From Tubiluchus corallicola (Eukaryota; Animalia; Priapulida), in contig JAQGDQ010000118.1 of the NCBI GenBank assembly GCA_030141605.1, positions 310,001-374,000 of the forward strand: a stretch of 64,000 nt of DNA. The letters run 5' to 3'. The translations under genes and the position numbers were made by a program. Positions within the stretch are counted from its first letter, which is position 1; every line of letters starts with the position of its first letter. The notes beneath the pieces were generated by a model. That model had not been told where the DNA came from. It ran no database searches and saw nothing but the letters and a program-made list of their open reading frames with translations. This document shows, piece after piece, positions 27,889 through 40,325 of the stretch.

Positions 27889-30800
27889 GTAATTTAGTTT
27901 CGTGAACATAATGACGACTAAAGTATGCCTCTAAATTTATATTTAATAGGTTGCTTTGCTGGATATTACCAAAACTTAAGTTTTATTGTTTATTTGTATT
28001 GGTAATAACCAGCTACAGTTCTAGTCATCTAATTAATTATTCAATTTCTTCAGCAGGTACTGTATACAATAATTATTTTTAATAGTACTTAATAATCTAT
28101 TGATCTAGCGTATTCAATAAATGAATTATATAAATTTCGTACCATTTAATTCTTGTAAACCGTTTCAGTTATTGAAATTATTACTTTAAAAGTTCTCGAA
28201 TAGAATTAGTGTAGCGAGTTTAAAACATTTGAGAACCCACATTCCTGAATTCTTGGCTTTAAAGTGCCACAGCTTGTTTCGATAATACTTGAAAGCATCA
28301 GTTTTACGAACAATGTTTTTGTATAATCGCATTTTAATGTTAAAGTGCCACACATGTATAAATGTTTGTTTTAAACTATAATCGTTTTCCATGTTTTTTC
28401 AAACCCGCACTGGTTATTAAATACACTATTCGCCCTCTAGCTAAAGGTATTTTTTAACTTCGAGCAACGTTAAATAAATCACAGCGCGGAATACAAGGGC
28501 AATAAATTTTCAATCTGTTTGATAATGATAGTGAAAAAGACTTTTTGTAATTCTCATCATGTTGTTTGTCCTTTTACTTCTGTCGCCTTATCCAGCGCTG
28601 GCGTCAGGCAGGATATTATATCAACATTTCATTTGTACACTGTGTGATGTCTTTATCAAAAAATCAACAAGCAAACAAAGCTAGAAGGTCTGACATTAAC
28701 GTGTATTACGTCAAGGTGCCAAGTTTTTGGCATTTGCGTGGTTCGTATCGGCTTTTATCAACCAAACCAAAGTGTGATTAAGAACAAAGTAGGCCGGTGC
28801 TTACAAACATCAGATCTCTTGCTGCATTATCATTATGCACTGTGCACTAGGTTGGCGTGCTTTTATATGCTCTGCATGGAGGCATTCAACACTCGCTGGC
28901 AGAGTCTACTTGTTGCCAGCGGGACCGGCACGTATCAAATTATGAGAGACAACCCTCTGCAGGATAAGACACTCACCGGCATAGACGTTACCTTCGGTTG
29001 TATATGCATCCTTGCTCAGCAAGATAAACATGTGTGTTTCTTCGAGTTAGTCACGCGTGTTTATATTGACTAAGCTCGACATTGCTTAATTTCAGTGAGT
29101 AGTCGCCCCATCACGACCGCGTGACTATTACCTTGACTAGTTTTTATTGAAATTCACAAACTTACCGTCTCTTAAAACTAGTTTTACATTTAGCTCGTTT
29201 TTAACACTTAAAAAGAGCGCAGTGAAAATATATATAGTGTTGCTAATATCATACCTTTTGCTATAAGTGCTTTTAAAATATTAAAATAGGCTTCTTGATG
29301 CTGGGAATATATATATATATTCGTGTATTAAATTTGCCCCTTTAATATTGCAGAGAGGAATCCAGAGAAGCAATTTTAACTGTTAGATTTAATTCTTTTA
29401 AGGTAATCAATTTTCCCCTAGAAAAAACGCCTTTGGTGAACTAATGATGCTTCTTGGCGTCAGGCTGCCGCAGTTGGGGGCGTGGTCTTGTCTCGCTCTT
29501 TACGTCACGTGACTCGTCCAAAAATTTTAGACAGGATTCCTGAGGAACAGGAAAAATCAAGAACTTAAATGCCAGTGACCATAAAACATTGTTTCTTTAT
29601 GTTTTATTTACATCAGGTAAAATCAGACAACTCATCTCCCGTATCCTTTCAGGCAATGGAGATTCGAGGACAGTGTCTGAATTCATCTCATTCGTATGAT
29701 AGAAAAATAGGAATACTATTAATGTTAACTGCTTTCTTGGCGTGGATGCGTAGAAATAGGAAATTGTTCAGGTAAACAAAACAAAAGCAAAATCTACAAA
29801 TGTACCAGCAAATGGAGAAACAATGAAAAACAGAGATTTTATAGAAACAAGAAAGTAGCGAAGTAAGAGCCAGAACAACACAACAAAAAACATTGCCAGA
29901 ACAAGTAAAGTAAAATTTAAAAAAAGACAGGTGTAACGGGCGCAAAAGTTGGTTCGCTGCCTTCAGTTCAAACGTAATGATTTGATTCGATTTAATTGAA
30001 ATCTTCGTTTCAATCCTATTCATATGAAAAATTACAACACACAATACGTATAAAACATGTATTACAAAAGCGAAATTATAAAATACTCTTAAATTAGATG
30101 TTAGTATAAATATACACAGCAATAATAACTGGTGTTATATCAGATGTAAAATATGCATCGCATTCCTTCAATTCTTTACAGATAATACGTGTACTGTAAC
30201 TGACTCTGCTATACAGACTATGTACACATTTCCTATAAATTACGCCAAAATACAGCACAGTCAATGAGTGGAAGCCACAGAGCATAAGACTGTGTTTTAG
30301 TTAACCTGGCTTTTTAAGTAGTATTCTCTTAAGGTAATTTTTGCTAATTTTGTAGAAGTAAAATATTGTTATATCATTTAAAGACGTAATGATGACCTGT
30401 TATGTAACAGACAAATTTATAATTGTGAACTAGACTTAATGTCTTAACAGCTCATAATTGGGTATGTGAGCATATTATATTTTTTTACAGAAAGACAACT
30501 ATTTGACGTCTACTGAGCGTGATCATCACCACAAGGGAGCAGAAACAAAAAAAAGAAAACAGCAATCAGAACAAGAGCAGAAATAAGATTATCAACAGCA
30601 AGAAGAACAATTGCAAGGACAAAAGCGAGATTCAAAACAAAAAGAAGTGTAAATGCAAAAAGGCAAAAAATACGAAAACGAAAACAGGAGGAAAGCAAGA
30701 GCTAAACAAAAGGAAAAGGAAATGCTAGTGAAAGACCAAAGGAAAACTAGCTGTGTGGCAACTATGGTGTAAAACTCGAACAAGATGAGAAAGTTAAAAG

Positions 30801-33800
30801 AACTAGAACAGGAATTAATAAAAACAAGAACAAAGGTACGAGGAATAGCAAATACAAAGATTATAGAAAATAATTTTGAGAACAAGTTGAAATGCCTGAC
30901 TATTACAGAGATTATAACAAAGTAAGTGCAGAATCAAAAGATGAGAGACAGCAACAATGAGTGCAATAAAAATCACAAGATGACGAAGAACAACATAATA
31001 AACGACAAAGAAGTACAGTAGTAACAAAAGCAAAAAGAAAGAAACATAATCCCTTGGCCTTTTGTTTAATGTTCCTCATTACATTCCTCGTTCCTCCCCG
31101 GACTTTTTACAAAAACTTGTTTGAATATTTGCTTGGCGTCTTTATATAATAATAATGACTCTAATATGTTTCCATATTAATTCCATGTGTACAGATAAGA
31201 TGCGTTGTAAGCAACGTAAATTTTCAATGCTGACAGAATCGCATAAACAAACAGGTTCTTGTGTGCACATTCTACAAGCCGCTGAGGCAACTCCAAGAAG
31301 CCAGAATACTCAAACAATTTTATGTCGGTTTTCACTCGTTCCGTCAGTGTGAAAGGCAACATTGAGCATGCAATCTCATCCAAAATCTAGCCTCTGCGCG
31401 TCATTTACAAACTCAACTTGAGAAACCGAGACAGTAACGACGAGTTGGACGAAAACTAAAACATTTCTAACATCTTTATGTATCGGAAGGGGCATAAATA
31501 ACGCAGTACGGTTACTCACGTGACAGAATCATGGCCCATTAGTCAGCCGAAAATGAGGAGCTTCTGATTAGAGTTCGATATGGCGGACTAGAGGACAAAG
31601 ATTCATTCAACGTTTCGCCAGTGATTCGGGTTTCTGGACCGCACAAGTTGGTATACAAACGACCTCAAATACTCAAGCTGTTTGCAATATTGAAACGCGC
31701 CAAGCAAATTGCTTTAATGTAGCTAACTGGATTTATTTTATACACTCCTGTATCAATAAACATCGATTAAGCGGCTTCATGCGCTATACGTGCCTATATA
31801 CAAACCACACTAGGTGCCCGTCAAAAGTGTATCTAAAATTAATAATAAGGTATGGAAGATTTGTACAACATCTGCTGATTAGAATGCCAATTATGTCATT
31901 CGTCATCGAGGAATCTCTTGTCGAAGTGACACAGAAAGTATTTCTTCTGGGAATAAAAACGATAAATATTCTTCTAGCTCTGAATAGATGATTATTCTCA
32001 CTGTCTTTGCTACATTCGATTGTAAACCAAACAACAAGCGCTGCTAATTGAGCACTGATCGACTGGTTGAATGACCAGTCAACGGACCGGCTGACTGGAT
32101 TACCAACTTACAGTGACATAGATGCTTTGATAAAATCTTTGCTACATTGATGAGGTTGCAACTCATGTTGTCTACGTAAATGATCGACTTTAAATGAAAT
32201 TTACCCCGTCTTTGGCTCACTAATGGGCAACATTGTGGCATTGGATTTTTTGCAAAAATTTGTTTGGTTATTTGTTTGATATAGTTTATATAATAGCGAT
32301 TTATCTTTGATATAGTTTATATAATATTGATCTGTATGATCACCAACTTACTGACTGATTAACATACTGCTTTGCTGACCCATCCGACCAACCGGCTAAT
32401 CACTAGGTTGATTAGAACTGAAAGAAAGATGCTCGAATGGCCGTGTTTTCTACTCATCGAGTTGATAAGCTCATAGATTATCGCTCAAGGTTCATTTCTC
32501 ATTAGGTTAACCTGCCTAGCTTACAAAAATTTTCCAGACTAGTAGTTAAGGCTACACTCTAGTTAGCTGCTGCCTGAGTTCGCTAGAAGATTTTTAGATA
32601 ACGATAGTGTAAAAGTTGATGCACGTCATAGGCATCTTATCATGTCTCAGGATCCTTTTATACTTCATTGGCGGAATTGGTTTAATTATAAATGCATTGA
32701 TGATTTGATGCACATACAGAAAATTCCGGATGCAGCAATAGACGTCCACGATCTTTCGATGTCCTGCAACTTTTGCCTAGAGCTTGTAAAAAAATCCTCC
32801 GCCTCTGTCACGGCTAAAGACTTTTGCATTAATTTTATCGTTTCCTAATATTGTTACACGTTCGTTTATGACATATGGGACTAAGTGAGCCCAGAGGTGG
32901 GTTCTGCAGTTTTACCAATTAGGCATACTGACGCTGAATATTCAATTTTCTGCGTTAAAAGAGAAGCCTAACATGGTTATAAAATAAAACAGTGGCGATC
33001 TTTTCTTTTTGCTGTCTGTGCTGTCAGTGTTGTGCTGTCGAAATCAATTACAGAATTACAATTATCGAAAATGGTCAAGATACAAATGCAACTGATATAC
33101 CGATTGATGCTAATTTGGACGTTCATTTTTCCTTGGTTCATTAAGCATAGGCGACTTCTTGTTATCAAATCTTAGATTTAACAATCCTGTTTCAGAATTA
33201 TTTATCACTTGTATTATGTTAAATGTTTAATTTTTTCATAGTGTCATACGATATTGTGTATTCTGGGTATTCTTCGTTCCAGTGTTTGTAGAAAATGCGA
33301 AAAAATAGTCCTTGTTGTTGTTCCTCATGAATAAAAAATGGATTTTTAGTGCCGCAGGTAGGGAGAAACTATTAGTATGTGCATAATTTATTTCCATATT
33401 GGTTACTTATTTCAAGATTCTACAATTTCGAATAATTTAAATGACCATACTCCTTAATTTGTTAGAGAACCGTAACGCTTGCATTGCCATTGCCGAAGCC
33501 TAACGCTTAAAAGAGAAAACAAACCATCGGAGTGCAGTTGGCAATATCACATGGCCTCTGCAAAACTTTTTTGCAAACTAAGCAACTTGAAATCGTAGAC
33601 ACATCGCATTTTTATATATGTAAACCATTGTGTTCAGTCAGGTGATTATTACAAGTTAACAGAAAAAACCATTTATTAAGCTAAAACATTGGAATTGCTT
33701 TTAATAAACCTAAAAACTAGCTTTTATATCGCAGGACAATGTAGGTCCAAGGACAAAAAGGTTAATGTATTAATTATTCATTTTGCCATCGTATCGATTA

Positions 33801-34384
33801 GACAGATTACAATATGTATAAAAGGTATTCCGCTGACTTATTATTTTATGTTAGTAATTTTTATTAAAATCGAAAAAAAATCGTAAAGACAGCACGAGCC
33901 ATTAGGTAAAGACAGACTTGTCTTCGGAGATTTTAGCGCATTTCTTTTCCACTTTGATAATAATTTTGCTCACGACTAGTAGAATGCAGAAACCCCGTTT
34001 GAGGCACTCAGCATGATGAAAGATATTTATCGCAACGAGTAAAATTTAATAAAGTTATGCTCTCCGAAACAATCCGTATATCTTGCAGACATTTGTGCCA
34101 TAATCTTGACAATAAAACGATTGATCAAACGCAAGATAGGATTTCCGTGTCGGTTTGCAATGTGTAATAGGGCTGCACTTCAATATACGGCGTTCATTGG
34201 AAATTGTTTCTTTCAAATGATGATGAATCTGCAAAATAAATGGCTATAGGTATGGAAATAAAATAACTATATATTTGTGTTATAAAATCGCAAATATTCT
34301 TGTTGGTATAAAAGCCTATGTACTATTACAGAAACTAATTTTTTTCCGAGTCGTTTTTCTCAATAAGAACGAAAAAATAAAGTA

Positions 34385-34765
34385 CATAGCGTAGTGCCTA
34401 TTGTCAGTGCATAGTGCATAGTACATAGTACAATGTATATAATGAATATTGCTCTGTAATGTGTAATGTATAGAGTATATTGTATAATGTATATTGTATT
34501 GTACAGTGTAGAGCGTGCAGTATAGCATATAGCGTATCGTATAGAATGTATAGTGTATAGTGTACAGTGCTTATTGCATAGTATAGTGCATAATTCATAT
34601 TATATATAGTATACAGCGTATAGTGCATATTATGTATGTATTTAGTAGCGTATATAGTAAAAATGTATATAGTGTTTAATGAATAATTTGTAGTGTACAG
34701 TGCACAATATACAATATACAGTGTATGGAGTATATACTATCCTTTGTATAATGTATAGTGCATAT
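34385..34765. repeat. Degenerate TATAG/TGTA low-complexity repeat
   Basis: Recurrent TATAG, TAGTG and TACAG units. Confidence 0.8.
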
Positions 34766-35453
34766 CATAGCATAGGCCACAAGAACTGTAAAAAGACCTG
34801 AAAGAGAAAAAACACACATAACAACGTAACAATAACGTTAGGAACACAAACTTTATAACAATGTTAACATTGATTTGTAGGTTAACTGCAGTATAAGCCA
34901 GACTGTCTGACTTACCCGCTACTCCCGTAGGATTTTCCCAAATTGGCTTCCAGCACCGAAGCTTCATAATCTGACACTCAATGCGAAGGATTTGCCATAC
35001 AACTCGTCAAAAAGACCACTTTGCGTGATCCGCAGGCAAAAACCAACGACGGACACGGCGCTGAATAGCCAGAGTAAACAGCAGAAACCTCTAGTGAGTT
35101 CCTCTGCGAAGGAAGAGCGCATGAGAAGAAAGGGAATCTGTGTTTTTCAAACACTTGATGACAAAATGCATCCAGCGGAAAGAAGCTCTTGCCACAGGGA
35201 TACAAGAGACGCTTCTTTGCCATCACTCTTACGAGCAGGATAATTATAGTGAGGCCTCTATTCTGTATTGGTTATGAAAACAAGGGTGGATACCAGCATG
35301 CGAGTAATAAAAAAACTCATCGAAATCACAATGGATTGTCTTCGTATTAAACTGTCTGTAATTAAAAAAAAGTTATTAGAATTTTGATACAACTGATTCA
35401 CAATGATACTACAACATGCATCATCGATAGAACAAAAAAGTCTTTTGAACTAT

Positions 35454-35456
<3 letters not shown>

Positions 35457-35518
<62 letters not shown>

Positions 35519-35578
35519 TCCCCCCTCTCTCTCTCTTTCTCTCCTCTCTCCCCCCTCTCTCTTTCTATCTCTGTCTCT
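35457..35578. repeat. (CT)n polypyrimidine tract
   Basis: Directly visible. Confidence 0.97.
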
Positions 35579-36411
35579 ACCACCTTTCTTTCCTCTATTA
35601 AATAAAAGAAACAACGCAGATAGTAGTTGCGAAGTAAAACGGTCAAATGTTGAAAATGAACGAGGATAATGAGAAAGAAGAAGAAAAAATGTAGTGGCGA
35701 CTACCGTGATGATGACGATGACTTTGAATCTGCAACTATTTTACGTATTATGTACCAACAGCCACTCACTGTTCCAAATTGTGGAAGCCTGGGGTTCTGG
35801 TAAAAAGGCAAAAAACGTTCAAGCCAAAGCTAATAAATATGCAGTGATCTCGTACAAATTCATTAAAGACAAGTAAACGAGTTATTCTTTTGGGATATGC
35901 TTCGACTCATAATTGATGGGGTCACAGACGCATGTCTTGATGAAGGGAAGTGACTAAACCAATTGATTATTATGATAAAAAGGAAGTCTGTGTAGTGACT
36001 TGCTTCACGGAAAAAGAGCAAGTTTGCATAACCAATATTCTGTGCTCTGCGGCAAAGAAGCTGTGAGAAATTTTGAACAGCTAACATAGGGAGAGCTGGC
36101 GGAGACTAATTCACTAGACAGAAATAAAATTTTTGAGGCACTATTGCCAATTTACCCTAATTTGACCAACCAACGATTAATGAGAATTTTAACTGCATGG
36201 CATAAAACCTGACTTCACCTACTGCAGTGATTTTAATTTGCACTTATATACCACGCACTTTCTAGCCATGCAGCGATTTTGTACCTCTGCTTTAGAGATA
36301 GCGGAAAACGGCGCAAAACTTCAAATGTAGACTGAAAAATTCTCAATTACTGAGGAAGAGCTTACCACAAGATGAGCGTTATTAGTGGAGTTGCTAAGAA
36401 AATTGAAGATC

Positions 36412-36672
36412 ACCAAACGGCATGATCTAGCTTTCCGCCTGGGAGTCGTGAGTTCGATACTGCGACCGCTTTATACCAAAGACTTTAAAAATTGTACCTG
36501 CTTTTGCCCTGCTTGGCGCGTGGTATTTAGGGTAAAAGCGGGGTAATAATACTATCTGTTATGCAGGTGTAGATTAGTTATATACAGTCGGCAAAAAAGC
36601 TCTTTGAGCTTAGGTCAATTGTTAATCCAAATTCCGACTTTAAATAAAGATTATCATTACTATGATTATTAT
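36412..36672 (+). mobile_element. tRNA-derived SINE, copy 1
   Basis: Box B-like GAGTTCGATAC at 36450-36460, core TATACCAAAGACTTTAAAAATTGTACC...CCCTGCTTGGCGC, a 3' AGTCGG...CCGACT stem, AATAAA and a TTA-type tail. Colinear with 44254-44590. Confidence 0.8.
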
Positions 36673-37360
36673 CAAATCAATGAGGAAATTAGTGAAATAC
36701 ACTATGTTTCTGTGTATTCAGTGAAGCTATCTCAGCTGGCTGGCTTAGAGACTGCTTATTCGTGTGTTCGTTCTCTGCTGACGTGTTTTTACTAGGCTTG
36801 TAATGGACTGGCACTTAACCCAATCCTTAGTGGTTAAGTAATACCTACGGCTTATTCAATCAGACTTTCTATGATCACAGTGTTGTAAACTTGAAAGCCT
36901 CCTTTCCCTTTAATGCTAAAATCGATGGCGAAATCTTTTTCAGCCTTCGCAAATTCTTTCTTATTTATGCAACTTCCGCAGTCTGAGTTATTAACTCTTG
37001 CTCGGCGGAAGTAACATTCCGGAGCAACAGTGTTTCCGGTAGCGGTGGTGGGAGTGCTACTTGCTTCAAATGAATGCTGTGACTGATAAAGCAGAGTAAA
37101 GTGGCTTTTTGAACAAGTTATATGATGATCGAGTGCTCGACTTGATAGCATATCCATTAGGTTTGATAGCTTTTTGATAAATCGCCCGATTTCATTTGGT
37201 CATTCCAACGAAGCACATCCGCCATTTCAAAGTCTCGTGCTGCTTGTAGATGCTGAGTTTTTATTTTAGTCATTCTTACAAGAAATAATCGAGTTAAGAT
37301 GATAAGAAGAAGCAAGCTTTATATTTGGCGCATAAATTCTTAAGTAGATAAATTGGAATG

Positions 37361-37544
37361 GTAGATTAGTAAGTAGATAGGCAGGGAGGTAGACAGGTAG
37401 GTAGATAGTTAGGTTGGTAGATAGGTAGGTATGTAGATAGTTAGGTAGGTAGGTAGGTAGGTAGGTAGGTAGGTAGGTAAGTTGGTAGATAGGTAGATAG
37501 TTAGGTAGGTAGATAGGTAGGTATGTAGATAGTTAGGTAGGTTA
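37361..37544. repeat. (TAGG/TAGA)n tetranucleotide repeat
   Basis: Directly visible. Confidence 0.93.
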
Positions 37545-40044
37545 GCATTAGTATTACAATTCGTTATTTAATAAAAATATATTTATATTCATACTGCTAA
37601 AAAGTGACCCTCTAATTGAGGGCTCTAAGGTAGAGTACATAAATTTGATTAAAAAAATGAAAAACGTTTATTGATCTAAAATTAAATAAGAATATTAAAA
37701 CCACTAAGTAGCTAATTAGATAAAAGAAGTTAGTTAAGTAGGTAGAAAAGGTCGTACGTAATACTTGGGTAGGTACTTAGATAGACAGTAGGTACTGAGT
37801 AGGCAGGTAGGCACGTAGAAGTAAACAGAAAGCAAATAAGTTTTACGTTATTCGCTTGCCTATCTGTCAGTTTAGTCACTTAACTGATTATTTGTATTTT
37901 GGTCACTCATGGGCTGCTTGATTTTTTGCTTCACTATCTGTTTGTTTAGTTGTTTATATACCCTTGCCGCTTGTTTACTTAACTGCTTCCTTACTTCGTT
38001 GCTTGACAGTTCAACGGTTTGTAGTAAGTGATTCTTGACACCTATTCACAAAATATACGACCTTCGATTCTCTTGAACAAAAGTTGGTAGTTTAAAACGA
38101 ATTGCACGTTTCTCAAATGTTGTTTTTACTTTTTACAACATCAATCTGCCTTTCTTAGACAAGTGCGCAACGCGTCGCTATTAAGCATACCACCCGCTCA
38201 ATTAAAGGCAACCATGCCTGCTTTGTGCATTGCAAAATTTGAATGATAATTGTGTTAGCTCGATCGGCTTAACCCTTGCCTAAAAATGCCTGTCAGGAGC
38301 CGACGATTGATTTAACAAAGATTGTAGCCAGCTGTAATCTATGTAAGGAAAAAAACATACGCACCTGAAATGGAACGTTTTTGACAAACGGATTTTTCTC
38401 TTTAGCAAAACAATTTGGCTTGTGTGTGTACAATAAATTATACGGCTTAAGTTTTTGAAGAAAAAAATCGGCTTATGTGAAAGGCAACTTTTTGCATGAA
38501 CATCAACTTTTGCATAAATATGGACACCACCCATCTGGATAAACATATAAATTTTCGACAGACCGGTAGACCACCCTTTGCCCACCCAATTCGTCATTCC
38601 TATGCTCACTAAGTGATTTTATTTTCGCTTGATAAGTTCATGTGCCAAGGAAAACATTTCACTATAAGTTTCATAAACCTAGCACTGGAGTTCAACTATT
38701 TATTCATATTTATGAAACCAAAAACAAGTAATTATGTTTTGTACAGGTTGTAATTATTATGATGTGCACCACTGTATGTAAACGGTAGTTTGCCTTCGTG
38801 GCCGGGTTATATTCGTTAAAAATCTAACTATAAAGTTTTAGTTAAATTTCTTGGCGTCCACAACATGAAATAATCAAGTTCATTTCTGCCCACACATCGC
38901 TGATTTAAAAAAAACTGACTTCGGTCATACACTGCTTACAATCACTTCCATAACATGAACAAATTCTCGTTGAGATTTTACAAATTCATAACTCTTTTTC
39001 GTTAAGTCAGAAAGAGATAATTAAATGCTGTTTTGCGAGACGTCTGTGATTGCTCTTCGTAAAATTTAGAGACGACAGCAGATTCGATTTGCGTTGTAGG
39101 TGGGGGAGGCTGTTTAAATCGAAAAAGCAAGTTGACTACTGGATCAGAACGAATTAATAAAATCTGCAATGGGATACGTCAGTTTGAGCCTTCTAATAAT
39201 TCTAGGTTGTTTTTTATATTATCAATGTTTTCCCTAAGAGTCCACTGTAGTGATTTTCTATAGCACCCTTGCTTGCCAGCTTCTGCCGGCGTCATTGGCA
39301 TTATGCAAATGTATGATCAGCCGAGAATATGCATCAATTTCTGTGATTGCAACCGAACAGTCTTTCTAACAACAAAGTCGTCAAATTAGTCACAGACCCA
39401 ATTAGTGGGGAAATAAAAGCCATTTTGCTGCTGTAATGCTTTCCCCAAATTTGCATGAAGTTGACTGAAAGTGCCTGGTTTCGTAATTTAATTAAATGGC
39501 GGGTGTGAATGCATCCAGATTAAGATCAATTAAAACAATGAGAATTAGTCAAATTTTATGCAGGAGGTTTGGAAAAAGACAAACAGTGCATTAATTATCA
39601 TAAAATTTTCATCAATTTAGCTTTGCGAATCATGGTCAAGAAACAACTGTTGCAATTGATGATGATGATGATCTTGTTAATGTTGGCGATAGTGTAGCTG
39701 GCGGCGATTGTTGCAGTGTTATCGAAAGCAGTTGCAGCAGATATGATAGTGTTAGTAATATTATTTCTGTTGTGCAACTAATAACGTTACTGATATTGAC
39801 GATGGTGCTAACAAACGTGATGGTATGGACGTGGTGTTTGTGGTAATAAAGAAGCAAGTAGAAACGTGTATGGCAAGGGATATGAGTGTGCATTTCGATA
39901 ATCGTGGTGACGTATTGGCTGTGATGACGGCGTAGTGGTTGGCTGTATTTCTGTAAGGTTAGTATAGAAATGATGGTAGCAACAATTCTTTTTATATAGT
40001 TCGAATGTAGCACTCGTTAGCAGATCAGTATGGTATTTATTAGC

Positions 40045-40083
40045 GCAGACGATCGTTTCGACAGGATATGTCATTTTCAATGC
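40045..40083 (-). ncRNA. Minimal type I hammerhead ribozyme, U3-A8 core variant (inverted twin)
   Basis: Minus strand reads GCATTGAAAATGACA(TATCC)TGTCGAAACGATCGTC^TGC, identical to the right-arm copy except one loop II base. Predicted cut between 40048 and 40047. Confidence 0.8.
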
Positions 40084-40286
40084 TAGAATCAAGCTAAAAA
40101 ATATAATCAGTACAATTTATGACACTACTAACCAAGGCACACAATGTCATTGCACAATCACAGAAGTGAAATTGAATTGCGAGGTTCTCTGGCAGTTTAT
40201 TTCCACTTTGTGATTGGCAATGATATTGTGTGTCTTGGTTAGTAGTGTCATAAATTGTACCGATTATATGTTTTAGATTGATTCTA

Positions 40287-40325
40287 GCATTGAAAATGAC
40301 ATATGCTGTCGAAACGATCGTCTGC
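40287..40325 (+). ncRNA. Minimal type I hammerhead ribozyme, U3-A8 core variant
   Basis: Reads GCA-TTGAAAA-T-GACA(TATGC)TGTC-GAA-AC(GATC)GT-C^TGC. Stem I is GCA/TGC, the core is UUGAAAA, stem II is 4 bp, then GAAA, stem III with a palindromic loop and a GUC triplet. Predicted cut after 40322. AATAAA follows at 40329-40334. Confidence 0.8.

Noticed and set aside
30510-31050. Lys/Asn-rich and hydrophobic ORFs
   Set aside because: A-rich low-complexity sequence with stops in all frames over the longer span.
38280-38609. Minus-strand ORF with WVGK..YMFIQ / LYVYPDG, superficially like T-box W.VAGK..YIHPDS
   Set aside because: The motifs lie in different frames and lack the surrounding T-box residues. 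The segment is also upstream of exon 1. Treated as coincidence.
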